The notes below the pieces were generated by a model, which saw nothing but the letters and a program-made list of their open reading frames with translations, was not told the origin of the DNA and ran no database searches. The translations under genes and the position numbers were made by a program. Positions 1 to 12,442 of a DNA stretch of 64,000 nucleotides are shown here, piece after piece. The DNA comes from Octopus vulgaris (lineage: Eukaryota). The stretch covers positions 176,390,001-176,454,000 of the forward strand of contig OX597814.1 in the NCBI GenBank assembly GCA_951406725.2, written 5' to 3'. The stretch's first letter is position 1. Each line of letters opens with the position of its first letter.

Positions 1-700
1 AGCTTTTTTGGCATGAATATTCGGCTTTGGTTGCTGTTTTGGGGGATCCTTACACAAACTCCAGGATCATTTTCACACTCCGTTTTCGTACACAATCCAT
101 TTTTCATCTGCAGTTACAATTTGTTTCAAAAAAGGCATGATTTTATTCCGTTTCAAAAACATATCACAAATGGAATACCAGTTCAAGCAATTATTTTCTG
201 AGAATCTGTGTGGAACCCATATATTATAGCGAGAAATGTATTTTAGCGCCACTGGGTGTTCATGAGCCATACTTTTAGAAACTTCCAACTCCTCTGCAAG
301 TTCTGTAGTCATGACATTTGAGTTTTCTTAGATTTTTTACCTTCAAACCATCTTCATCCAGTTTTGAAGGTCTTCCACTGCGGCTGTCATCTTCCAAACT
401 AAACTCTCCAGCTTTTAATTTTGCAAACTACTTTCAAACAGTTGATTCACCATAAACTTCACAAATGTTTTTGCAAGTTTTTGTAGCATTTTCTCCTTGT
501 TTCAAAAAAGAAAAGCATTACAATGTGAGTATGAAATTTTTGACTATCCATTTCAAATGTCAATAAAAGGTAACCAGAATGAAAGATAAATCTATTTTTA
601 GTCAGGAACAAAAAGAAGAGATGCACCGCCACTTCAAGCAACGCCAAAGAAGTGTTAAAAGATTTAGCTTGAAAACGCTCGGAACTTTTCGGACAACCTA

Positions 701-702
<2 letters not shown>
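1..702 (-). mobile_element. Degenerate mariner transposon, 5' half (runs off the window start)
   Basis: TIR-like ttaggttgtccgaaaagttccgagcg next to a TA run; frameshifted transposase pieces with WVPH and IVTADEKW (first catalytic D). Confidence 0.85.
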
Positions 703-790
<88 letters not shown>

Positions 791-1179
791 AACTACACAC
801 AGTCACACATAAATATATGTACATGTGTGTGTGTCTGTGTGTCTGTGTGTCTTTGCGTATGAGTCTGTCCCCCACCACCGTTTGACAACAGGTATTGGTT
901 TGTTTATACCCCTGTAACTTAGAGAGTTTCGACAAAAAGAATACCCCTGTATTCTTTTTGTTATATCCCTGTAACTTAGACAGTTTTGACTGAAAGAATA
1001 AGTTACCATGTCCAAAGATAAGTATCGAGGTCGATTTATTCAGCGAAACCTCTCAAGATTGTGCCCAAGCATGGTTGCAGTCCAAAGACAGACAAGTAAA
1101 AAATAAATTGCATTTTATGTACTGGACCTTTGTATTGAGGATGAAAATAGCTGCTATAATTATATACGACCTCTAATAA

Positions 1180-1547
1180 TCCTTTCTACAATAGGCACAA
1201 AGCCCGAAATTTGGTAGGGAGGATCTAGTCGATTACATCGACTCCAGTGTTTCAATAATACTCAATTTTTCGACCCCGAAAAGATGAAAGGCAAAGTCAA
1301 CCTTGGCGGAATTTGAACTCAGAACGTAGCGGCAGACGAAATACCTATTTCTATTTCTTTACTACCCACAAGGGGCTAAACACAGAGAGGACACACAAGG
1401 ACAGACAAACGGATTAAGTCGATTATATCGACCCCAGTGCGTAACTGGTACTTATTTAATCGACCCCGAAAGAATGAAAGGCAAAGTCAACCTCGGCGGA
1501 ATTTGAACTCAGAACGTAACCGCAGACGAAATACGGCTACGCATTTC
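1180..1547 (-). mobile_element. SINE family B dimer
   Basis: Two copies of the gagttcaaattccgccgagg..gcctttcat..ggtcga..agtaccag core with different tails. Confidence 0.75.
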
Positions 1548-1805
1548 GGTTCGGCAAAAAAAGACCGATCGATTACAAAGAATAAGTCCAGGGGTCGATT
1601 TGTTCGACTAAAAGCGGTGCTCCAGCATGGCCGCAGTCAAATGGCTGAAGCGAGTAAAAGAAAAGAATGTGTATGCGAGTGTGTGTGTGTGTGTGTGTGT
1701 GTATACATATACATTTACATACATATATACAAATATAGTCATACCTATATGCATGACTATATATATGTGAGGACTGTGTGTGTATGTTTGTAAGTGTCTA
1801 GCCAT

Positions 1806-2338
<533 letters not shown>

Positions 2339-3130
2339 TCTTTTTTTATTTGTTCCAGACATTGGACTACGTCCATGCTGGGGCAACCTTTTTAAAGAAT
2401 TATTTTCGATTGTATCGCCCCAGTAATTACTCTTAAGTACTTGCGTGTATATGTATGTACCCATGTATGTGTATGTGTATGTGCGTGCGTGCGTGCGTGC
2501 GTGCGTGCGTGAGTGCACGCGCGTGTGTAAGTGCGTGCGCAAGCATATTAATATTCGAGCGGTAATTAACGTGTCACTACAGATAGTGCGATAGCGTCGG
2601 GGCAGTAATATAGACGCACATTGTTATTAAACCAACACAGCAGAGGTTTACCGAATCGATACGGCGAAATGTAAAGTATTCTCTGGAGAACCACTTTCAG
2701 AATTATCGTAGTGAATGATCTGCACATATAATATGTATTGCAAAACTGAATATTTGGTTACTAAAATGTCCACAACATCATATTAGTGAAGATATGCTGT
2801 CACGGCTCTTGTCATCACAATAAGATAACGGGAGAATCTCGATACGCTTGCTTGACTTGCTGAAATTTGTAGCGACATCTCCCTCAAAATCTATCTTAAA
2901 AAAGTGACACATTGGTTAAATGTAGTCCTTTAATATTTCTGCTCTGTCAAGGCTGATCTTCAATACAAACAACTGCAGATGCGACAAATCACTCGACCTT
3001 ATAGAAATAACAGCCAGATTTTTCCTCTAATCACAACCTGCCGTCTTTAAAAGAAAAAGGAATCGAACTCACGACATTGCGATCGTCAGCCGATTACCCT
3101 AACCACTAAGCCACGCTGATGGAAAAGACA

Positions 3131-4506
3131 TGTAGTGAATCTTGCATGCATGAAGTGGATTCGATCCACCACAGCCAAATTTCAATTAACACTGGAACAG
3201 AACTTTTCCCACGATGGAACAATGGTTTTTCTCTGACAGCAGTTTTACATCTTGCAGATGCCTTCAGCTAGGCTGAAGTAATGTCTTCACCACTTGACCC
3301 TTTCTAACCTCTTCTACTTCACCAAAAGCTAGAATAGAGATAACAAGACCACCAACTAAATCTATTTCCAATGGTATGTCTATCCTTCTGGATTGTTATA
3401 AAAGCAAGAATACCCAAAACAAAAATCAGTTAGTTACCAGCCGGTGACGACTCAACCAAGTTCGTCACATCGTGACGACTCAATTAGTTAGGGAACGGAC
3501 TGCTAGAATCATGATCACAAAGAAATGCAGCAACAGAAGATAATGGTCCGCGAGAGAAATGAAGTTTACTGTCAGCAACTCTCACTAGCTCTAATTACTG
3601 TCACACAACTCTCACTGGCTCTAATTCTGTTCTCTTACAACATCATTCTATCTCTCTCTGTAATTACTACTACTAAACAATGAAGAGGAAGCAAACACAA
3701 ACTTTACTTCGCATGCTTTTGGATTTATTATAACCTGCCCGTCGAAGCAAGGTATTTGTAACGTAACGGTAAATAAGTACTTTCTTAAAACTTAATACAT
3801 TGTCTATCTTTCACATCCTACAGTATGCGATTATAACAACAAATAATTATCGTCACACCAGCTGACTACGACATCATCATATTAATGTTTACAAATCAAC
3901 ATCTCGTTACAATTGGTGACTTCGACAATTCATAATATTGTTTTCAAATCAAATTCGGTCGTTACAATTGGTGACTCCGACTAATCAATATAATGTTTAC
4001 AATTGGTGACCCTCGACTTCGAACGAAAGGATTAACCGTTACAATTTGATGACCCCGTGGAAAAAGAATCCTAGATGGAAGCACTCCGTCGGTCACGACG
4101 ACGAGGGTTCCGGTTGATCCGAATTAACGGAACAGCCTGCTCGTAAAATTAACGTGTAAGTGGTTGAGCATTCCACAGACACGTGTACCCTTAACGTAGT
4201 TCTCGGGGATATTCAGCGTGACACAGAGAGTGACAAGGCCGGCCCTTTGAAATACAGGTACAACAGAAACAGGAAGTAAGAGTGAGAGAGAGTTGTGGTG
4301 AAAGAGTACAGCAGGGATCGCCACCATCCCCTGCCGGAGCCTCGTGGAGCTTTAGGTGTTTTCGCTCAATAAACACTCACAACGCCCGGTCTGGGAATCG
4401 AAACCGCGATCCTATGACCGCGAGTCCGCTGCCCTAACTACTGGGCCATTGCGCCTCCACGGAAAAAGAATCACAGCCTTCTGAAACAGCAGAACCAACC
4501 GTTACA
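3131..4506 (+). mobile_element. Solo LTR (probably Gypsy-type) with nested SINE
   Basis: Starts TGTAG at 3131, ends GTTACA at 4506, 4-bp TSD GACA (3127-3130 and 4507-4510); internal tRNA-Trp PBS-like motifs. Confidence 0.7.
4071..4460 (-). mobile_element. tRNA-derived SINE family A, full length
   Basis: Head gtggaggcgcaatggcccagt (A box) ... ggtttcgattccc (B box); 12-bp TSD GGAAAAAGAATC at 4059-4070 and 4461-4472. Confidence 0.9.
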
Positions 4507-6084
4507 GACAGGATAGTTATGACTGGAATGAATTTGATCATAAATCTAGTGGATCAATGATGACCTGGGGTTAAACAACAACAAAACATTCTCATTAAAT
4601 ATAAATACCTAAGATGAGTTGTAATTAAGATTATAATTTTCGGCTTTATTTTCAATAATTACATCTACTCTACTTTTTGATCAGCTTGATTCCTAATTGT
4701 CCTCAGGTGTCTTATTCCAGGATATGCTCAGAGTGTCAAACTGGGTTCAAACTTGGCAAGTTTGTTGCTGAGCTTAAAAAACATAAAGGAAGCGTTATAA
4801 TATTTCTGATCCGGGGTACGCAATTGAGGCCGTATTAAATTAAAATAGCCATATATGTAACACACTTAATGTATGTACACTGCTGATAGACCAGTTATTG
4901 CAGCATTCGTCCTAAGATAAGATCTCTTATGGACGTGCTGCGTTAAAAACATGATAAACATCGGAAGAAGACTAAAAATTGCCGCAGCAGCGTCGGTGAC
5001 ATCATCGATAAAAGTTTTACTCCCCTTTGTATAGAAATAAAGGTTACTAATTAAAATCCAATCTGGACAGCGTACACATCCAAGAACAAGATACCCGATG
5101 ACAGCAGTAGATGAAATCTATGTTTTCATGTTTTTCAGTTTACTGTAGCTAGTTTAATGTTTTGACATGCCGATGCCCCCCAGCGAACGCGCTGTTTTCT
5201 GGTTGGCTGAAAATTCTGAAAATTATCAAACTTTGAACACTGTAACATTTTTGCGAAATTTTTCTGAAAAAAATTAATAACAAATTCGGATTCAGCATTA
5301 AAGATTACATCTATATGATACATTAAAAAAAAAAATTTTATAGATAACTGTAAACAGTGACGAAAACCACAAAGATCCGAATAATGTAGTCCTAGATTAT
5401 ATAAAGTCAGAAAAAAAACCCATATCGTCACGAATGGCATGCCTTTAGTTTATAAGCCTGTTCGTTCAGGGTTGGTCTGAGACCAAACAACAACAACAAC
5501 AGCAATTACTACATAAATACAGCGATAGGTTAATGAACCACTAATGAAGCCTCTATATGGTGTCTCGCCATAAAAGAAATAGTAGTCAAATCTCTCTTAG
5601 AAGAATACATTAGATATTGTACTCCTAGATACACTATGCTTTCCAAAATATAGGATAGTCACGGCCGATCTTTGACTACTCAGCAACAACAATATCCAGA
5701 ACAGCGACTATTGTTACTAAATGTGTGTGTGTGTGTGTGTGCATGCATGCATGTGTGTGTGTGTGTGTGCATGTGTGCGTGTTGGGGGTATGTGTATAGG
5801 TATATACGTATATGTATATATGTGTGTGTTAGTGTGTGTTTATATATTTTAGAAACTATACCAATAATGATGACATTTTACAACACGTAAAAAAATACAA
5901 AATTAATTTAGATTCAGTATATAGAAACATGAATTTAAATAATAACGTAGAAAAAAATTATATATAGTAAAAAGAAAAAGCCTGTTTAATTATTCGATAT
6001 TACATGAAATGCGAGCCGAGCTGTCGAGGACGGGTCTTTTAAAATTTCATAAAAATCGTATTTACCGTATATTTTTAGGAAATT

Positions 6085-7810
6085 CAGTGACGCCTTACAT
6101 TATGACTCAAAGCGCGCCCATTGTATTGAGGATTGTTTGTATCTTCAATTACCACATTCTGCAAACCTAAGTCTTTGTACTTTGCGTTTTTGCCATATTC
6201 TTTAGCGGATATATTTCGTTTTAGAAGATATAGCCATGTCAATGAGTAGACATGTTTTATTTTTAAAATCATTAACGATAATATCAGACTAATCGGCGTT
6301 TATGGTAAGGTCTTTGGAGATTGTATAACTTATAAAATTGCTGCATCTTTTGCTTCGATTGCTGATTGGAGATGGTATCCGTACGAGTTTTAACATTCTC
6401 TGTATCATATTTGCATAGTATCCAGTGAGTGGAGGCGCAATGGCCCAGTGGTTAGGGCAGCGGACTCGCGGTCGTAAGATCGCGGTTTCGATTCCCAGAC
6501 CGGGCATTGTGAGTGTTTATTGAGCAAAAGCACCTAAAGCTTCACAAGGCTCCTGTAGGGGGTGGTGGTGAACCCTGCTGTACTCTTTCTCTCACTCTTT
6601 CTTTCTGTTTCTGTTGTACCTGTATTTCAAAGGGCCAGCTTTGTCACCCTCTGTGTCACGCTGAATCTCCTCGGGAACTACGTTAAGGGTACACGTGTCT
6701 GTGGAATGCTCAGCCACTTGCACGTTAATTCCACGAGCAAGCTGTTCCGTTGATCGTATCAGCTGGGACCCTCATCGTCGTAACCGACGGAGTGCTCCTA
6801 GGTTTATATATCCAGTGAATGCATTTACCGACTCGATCATGTTTACTTCTGTATTACATTGGAACCAAGGTCTATTTTCTCGATTTGTTCATTACTCATT
6901 CTGCATTTTTAGTTCACTCCATTTCTGAGGACGTTTCCTTGATAGTTTCTTGCAAATAAGCTCTGGTCTAGGGCAGCAAGGATAAATGCCCTCGTGTCAA
7001 CTTTTAATCCTAAATTTCGCAGCTACTGATGGGTTTGTGGTTGGTGCGAATGTTGTACTGATGCGAAGCGGAAATTAGCCATATAGAAGATTTTGTTACC
7101 AGCTATCTTTCAGAATTTTAAGGTCCTTAGACTTTGCTTAAATTCTGTAGATTTTAACTACTTCGGTTGGTAGTAGCTTAGTCTCACTGATAATCTCTAC
7201 GTTCTGGATCCTTCCTCATTTCTGTCGCTTGCATTGCGGAATGGAGTCTCTTCTTGTTTTCGTGATCATTTATCACTATCGTCATCCAATCTTAGTCTTG
7301 TTTAAATATTTTTTCAGACCAGTCAAGCCTCTTTTATAGGATAATTCAAGTTGAACGAGTCTCTTCCCATTTTCTTTTCTCGCAGATAAACATGGTAGAT
7401 GCCTGCCTTAGGGTGTTGCATTTTGTTGATGTTAAAAAGATTTTGTGTTTTCCCATCCATTCTCTGAATGTCAGGTGAGTTCCAGTTCATTATATTGAAA
7501 CCATATTCCATTACAGTTACAGCTTAAGCGCTGATAGCTTCGCTACGACTTTTAGAGTTGAGTTCAGTTTTCCGGGCCAACCTTACTCCTCTTTTATACT
7601 TTTTTTCCTTTATTTCAATATGTTGGATTCAGTTACCGTCGCTTATACCTAGATATTTATAAATGCCCTTACGATATAGTTCTTAAATAGAGGTGTCTGG
7701 GTCAAGCCTGATGGATGATGTAATGATCTTTCCTCTCTTGCAAGTTGCCTTTGTACATTTATCAACTCAAAATTCTATTCCTATGTTACGAAGAAGACAA
7801 AGATCTATTT
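6085..7810 (-). mobile_element. Highly degraded R4/Dong-type LINE fragment
   Basis: Remnant peptides (FNIMNWN..MDGKT..MQHPKA; KYKDL) collinear with the better-preserved element at 26181-28066. Confidence 0.65.
6429..6808 (+). mobile_element. SINE family A nested in the LINE relic
   Basis: Same head and body as 4071-4460; 10-bp TSD TATCCAGTGA at 6419-6428 and 6809-6818. Confidence 0.88.
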
Positions 7811-7992
7811 GAATTTTTGCAGTACTTAAGTTCTTATTCTGTGTACAACAATCTCCTAGTATAATTTTATTAAGCATATATATATATATATGTATATATA
7901 TGTCCCACAAGAGGAGTCGATGCTAGATGTGTCGAAAGAATTGTTGTGATTAATAGTATATTTTCGTATATTCCATCTTCTGTCTTTTATTG

Positions 7993-7993
<1 letters not shown>

Positions 7994-8083
<90 letters not shown>

Positions 8084-8086
8084 CAT

Positions 8087-8149
<63 letters not shown>

Positions 8150-8153
8150 CATG

Positions 8154-8194
<41 letters not shown>
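7994..8194. repeat. (TA)n microsatellite
   Basis: About 200 bp TA run. Confidence 0.97.
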
Positions 8195-8196
<2 letters not shown>

Positions 8197-8665
8197 TTCA
8201 AGCACGATAGTGGTTCAATATATTATTAAGTCCACCATTTCGTCAATCGCTTCCAAGCTTCACCACTAATTCAGTTCTCAACTAAATTGCAAACAGTCAA
8301 CAGTTTTAAAGAGGACACCTCCTCAGCTACACTTTGGCATAAATAGTTTGAGATTTGGTTTAGTAGAAAAAAGTTACATCAAGATATGTCAGACCTCAAG
8401 TGGGCAGTATTGCAAATATTCACCTTCATTTCACATAATTTTTTTAATTTTAAATTAAAAGTATACATTTCTTGGGCTTAAGTGATAAAAAAAAATGCAT
8501 GAGGAATTCAGAATCGTTAGTCGCATTGAACAAAAATTAGTAGAAAAGCAGTTATGAGGTAAAATGTTACGAAATTTTATGTCAGTAAATAAGGCAGTAA
8601 GAAGTAACGCTTAAGCAATAAGAATGAAGAATATATTTCTAAAATGAATCTTTACTTTTTTTTTT

Positions 8666-8952
8666 AAGGCGATGAGTTGGCAGAGACGTTAGCACGCCAG
8701 GCGAAATGCTTTGCGGTATTTCGTCTGCCGTTACGTTCTGAGTTCAAATTCCGCCGAGGTCGACTTTTCCTTTCATCCTTTCGGGGTCGATAAATTAAGT
8801 ACCAGTTACGCACTGGGGTCGATGTAATCGACTTAATACCTATGTCTGTCCTTGCTTGTCCCCTCTGTGTTTAGCCCCTTGTGGGTAATAAAGAAATAGG
8901 TATTTCGTCTGTCTTTACGTTTTGAGTTCAAATTTCGCCGAGATCGACTTTG
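8666..8952 (+). mobile_element. SINE family B, one full unit plus a partial second unit
   Basis: aaggcgatgagttggcaga head, core, tail ...gggtaataaagaaata then restart at ggtatttcgtc. Confidence 0.8.
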
Positions 8953-11079
8953 ACGTACAGATTATTTAATTAATTTTTTTAAACTAAACACTTTCAAACT
9001 TCCGATACTGGTAGAATATATCACATAGAACAGGGTTTGCTCTTAACGTTTTTGACAAAATGTTGTATTTTAAAAGCTGTTTTTCGTCTGTCTTTACGTT
9101 CTGAGTTCAAATTCCACCGAGGTTGACTTTGCCTTTCATCCATTTCCGTTCTATTCAATTAGACCTACAGATTATTTAATTATTTTTTATAACTAAACAC
9201 TTTCAAACTTCCGATACTGGTAGAATATGTCACATAGAACAGGGTTTACTCATAACGTTTTTGACAAAATTTTGTATTTTAGAAGTTATTTCGTCAGAAG
9301 TTACAGTGACAAGGGAAAATTCGTGTTTGATAAGTACCAATACACGAAACTCTCAGCTTTTGACTTACTCTCTAACTTCTGCCGATGATATATATACATA
9401 TTACATATATGCGTAAAAAAATTTCATCACGCAATCGAACCAATGAAAGAGCCTCTACCTGGTCGCTCGATACGCTAAAAATAGCAGCCAAAGTATTCCC
9501 CTACCTAAATCAACGCCCATTATATGTAATGTCCTAGATTATCTCTAAAAAGACGGTTTGCTGAAGGCTGGAATATCTTTGATGACAGGTTTGCAGTATC
9601 AAGGTTGATTTGAGGCTAAATAACAATATTATGGCAAATTTCTATATTAATACCTGCACGATTTTCACTAAGAAAAAAATTTGATCTTTTTGCATGGAAT
9701 CAAGTACCCTGACCTAATATGCTGCAAAACCCTTATTTTGATTCGGAAGAAATGAGGTGGGGTTCCCTTCCCCCAATCCCGGAATCATTGGAATTTTTTT
9801 TTTTTTCGCTGAATGAATTCCTGTGACCTCCTAATAGTCAACGATCCACTTCACACTGTTTATGTAGTGATCATTCCTCTCTTGAAAGTTGCTTTTGCCC
9901 ATTTATTGCAAGAGAAGAAGGATCACTACAACACCAACGATCCATTTCTCACTGTTTATTGCTCCATTTCTTATCGTCTTTATATATATTAAGCCACGGT
10001 TTTACCTCTTAAATGACCTACTACCGTATACCTTATAACAAGGACCATACATATTGAAGTAATGCCAGGAGTGCCTATGGATACATCTATCCCTTAGATG
10101 GTTACATTACCTCTAACTTATATCTTACACAACCTATATATATATATAAAGTTAATCCAAACAAGAAAACAAAAAACAACAACGCAAGGATGTGGAACAA
10201 ATAAAGTATTATTGGACGCTCAGGAAAGAAGGGAAGAAATATATATATATATATATAGTTAATAAAAACAGTAGGTTGCAATATTTCGTCAAAAAGGAGA
10301 ATTATAATTGTCACGATATGTGACTAGGGTGTTAAAAAGGCACCCACATTGCTAGAAATAAGAGCTAAAAAGTTCTAATGCTGTAGTTAATTCACATGAA
10401 TGAAAACATATACGCTAACAGGGACCACAATAGTACGAAAAATGCCGACCGAGAATTCTTAAGACTGACGTCAGTTTCGACTACTTCCGTTGCTTCATTA
10501 GTTAAGCCAGCTCGGTGTTCGGCTTTTTCCGAACCTCTTTCTCTATTAGTATTTATGTTTTCGTCATCCAAATGAACGGATAATTTAACGATTCGCTAAT
10601 GTGTATACACACAATTACAATAAACAGCAGGTTGCAGTGTTTCGAAAAATATATATATATATAATTCTAAGAAAGAGATTGTGAATTCAACCAACTAAAG
10701 GATAATATCTATCCAATATACCGCTGGTAGAATACCCAATTATTAATACACAAGTGGGTTTTTTTTTTTCATTGCATGGCAATTATATTACCGAGTGTAA
10801 TAAATGGGTGAGGCTAAAGAGATATTTTACCATTAATTTATAGAGCAATAAGAAAATGGATGGGATCAATAAGTGGTATTCATCAACTTTTAGACGTTAT
10901 ATTGTGCCAATTTATTTATTTACTAAAAGGACAATCATAACAATATACATACATGTATAACATATCATGCTTTACATATATAATATATAAAATACAAAAT
11001 ATAAGATATAAGATATAAAAAAATATAAAATATAAATATATATATACTCACATATATGTATATATCTATATCTATATAC

Positions 11080-11130
<51 letters not shown>

Positions 11131-11297
11131 CGTGTGTGTGTATGTGTGTGCGTGTGTGTTCCATTTTTCCGGCGGCGGTTTATATACCCTAATATTAGAC
11201 TGTTTGCTATAGGCAATATACAGTGAAAACTTAGAATTATATATCCAAAATTTTCACTTGTTACCGTCTCTCAACTTACGCAGAATACGCGCGTGCG

Positions 11298-11331
<34 letters not shown>

Positions 11332-11376
11332 CACACACACACACATAGACACATTATTATTATTAACATCGTCATT

Positions 11377-11770
11377 AAGGCGGCGAGCTGGCAGAAACGT
11401 TAGCACACCGGGCGAAACGCAAAGCAGTATTTCGTCTGTCTTCTCGTTCTGAGTTCAAATGCCGTTGATGTCGACTTTGCCTTACTTCCTTTCAGAGTCG
11501 ATAAATTAAGTACCAGTTACGCACTGGGATCGATGTAATCGACTTAATACCTATGTCTGTCCTTGTTTGTCCCCTCTATGTTTAGCCCCTTGTGGGTAAT
11601 AAAGAAATAGGTATTTCGTCTGTCGTCATGTTCTGAGTTCAAATGCCGCCGGAGTCGACTTTGCCTTTTATCCTTTCGGGGTCGATAAATTTAGTACCAG
11701 TTACGAACTGGAGTCGATGTAATCATCTGGTCCCCTCCCCCAAAATTTCGGACCTTGCGCCTTATTATTA
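11377..11770 (+). mobile_element. SINE family B dimer
   Basis: Head + unit with tail 1, junction aaagaaata/ggtatttcgtc, second unit with tail 2. Confidence 0.8.
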
Positions 11771-11801
11771 GCATCATCACTACTACTACTTGTAGTAGTA
11801 A

Positions 11802-11854
<53 letters not shown>

Positions 11855-12326
11855 AATTAGCCGTTGTTTTAATGCCTGGAATAAGCAATACTTTGTTTCA
11901 TAGATATGAGGGGGTATGTGATGGAAAGAAGAAAAATAAAATAAAAACAAATTAAAATAAAATGAACTATACAATAGATCAAAATACATATAAATTTTTA
12001 ATACCATCTACTTTCACGGAGCATATGGCCATCTTCGGATGTATTGTCTCTAAATAATGGATTTAATTCGTAAAGCAGCTGAGGAATATAAAACTGTCTA
12101 TAAAAAAATTATCATTCAACTATTTTTCTGAAGAGGTAGAATAGAAGAAACGTAGGTGGACAGTGCCTGTCAGTTGTCTATGTTACTTGTGTATTGGGTG
12201 AAAGTTCGAGATAAAAACAGTGGCAAATGGATAGGGAGAAGAGGGTGGGAAACACAGACAGTAGACAGAGCTCGAGGTGAAAACAGTGATAGATTGATAG
12301 ATAAGCAGAGAGATAGATTGATAAGC

Positions 12327-12429
<103 letters not shown>

Positions 12430-12442
12430 CAGACAGATAGAT

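Noticed and set aside
3906-4057. CRISPR array
   Set aside because: Repeats are degenerate, linkers are uneven and partly similar to each other, there are no cas genes and the context is eukaryotic; better explained as LTR-end/PBS repeats
6429-6505. tRNA gene (also 4385-4460, 28831-28906)
   Set aside because: A and B boxes are present but continue into a SINE body, with TSDs at two of the copies; no proper acceptor stem
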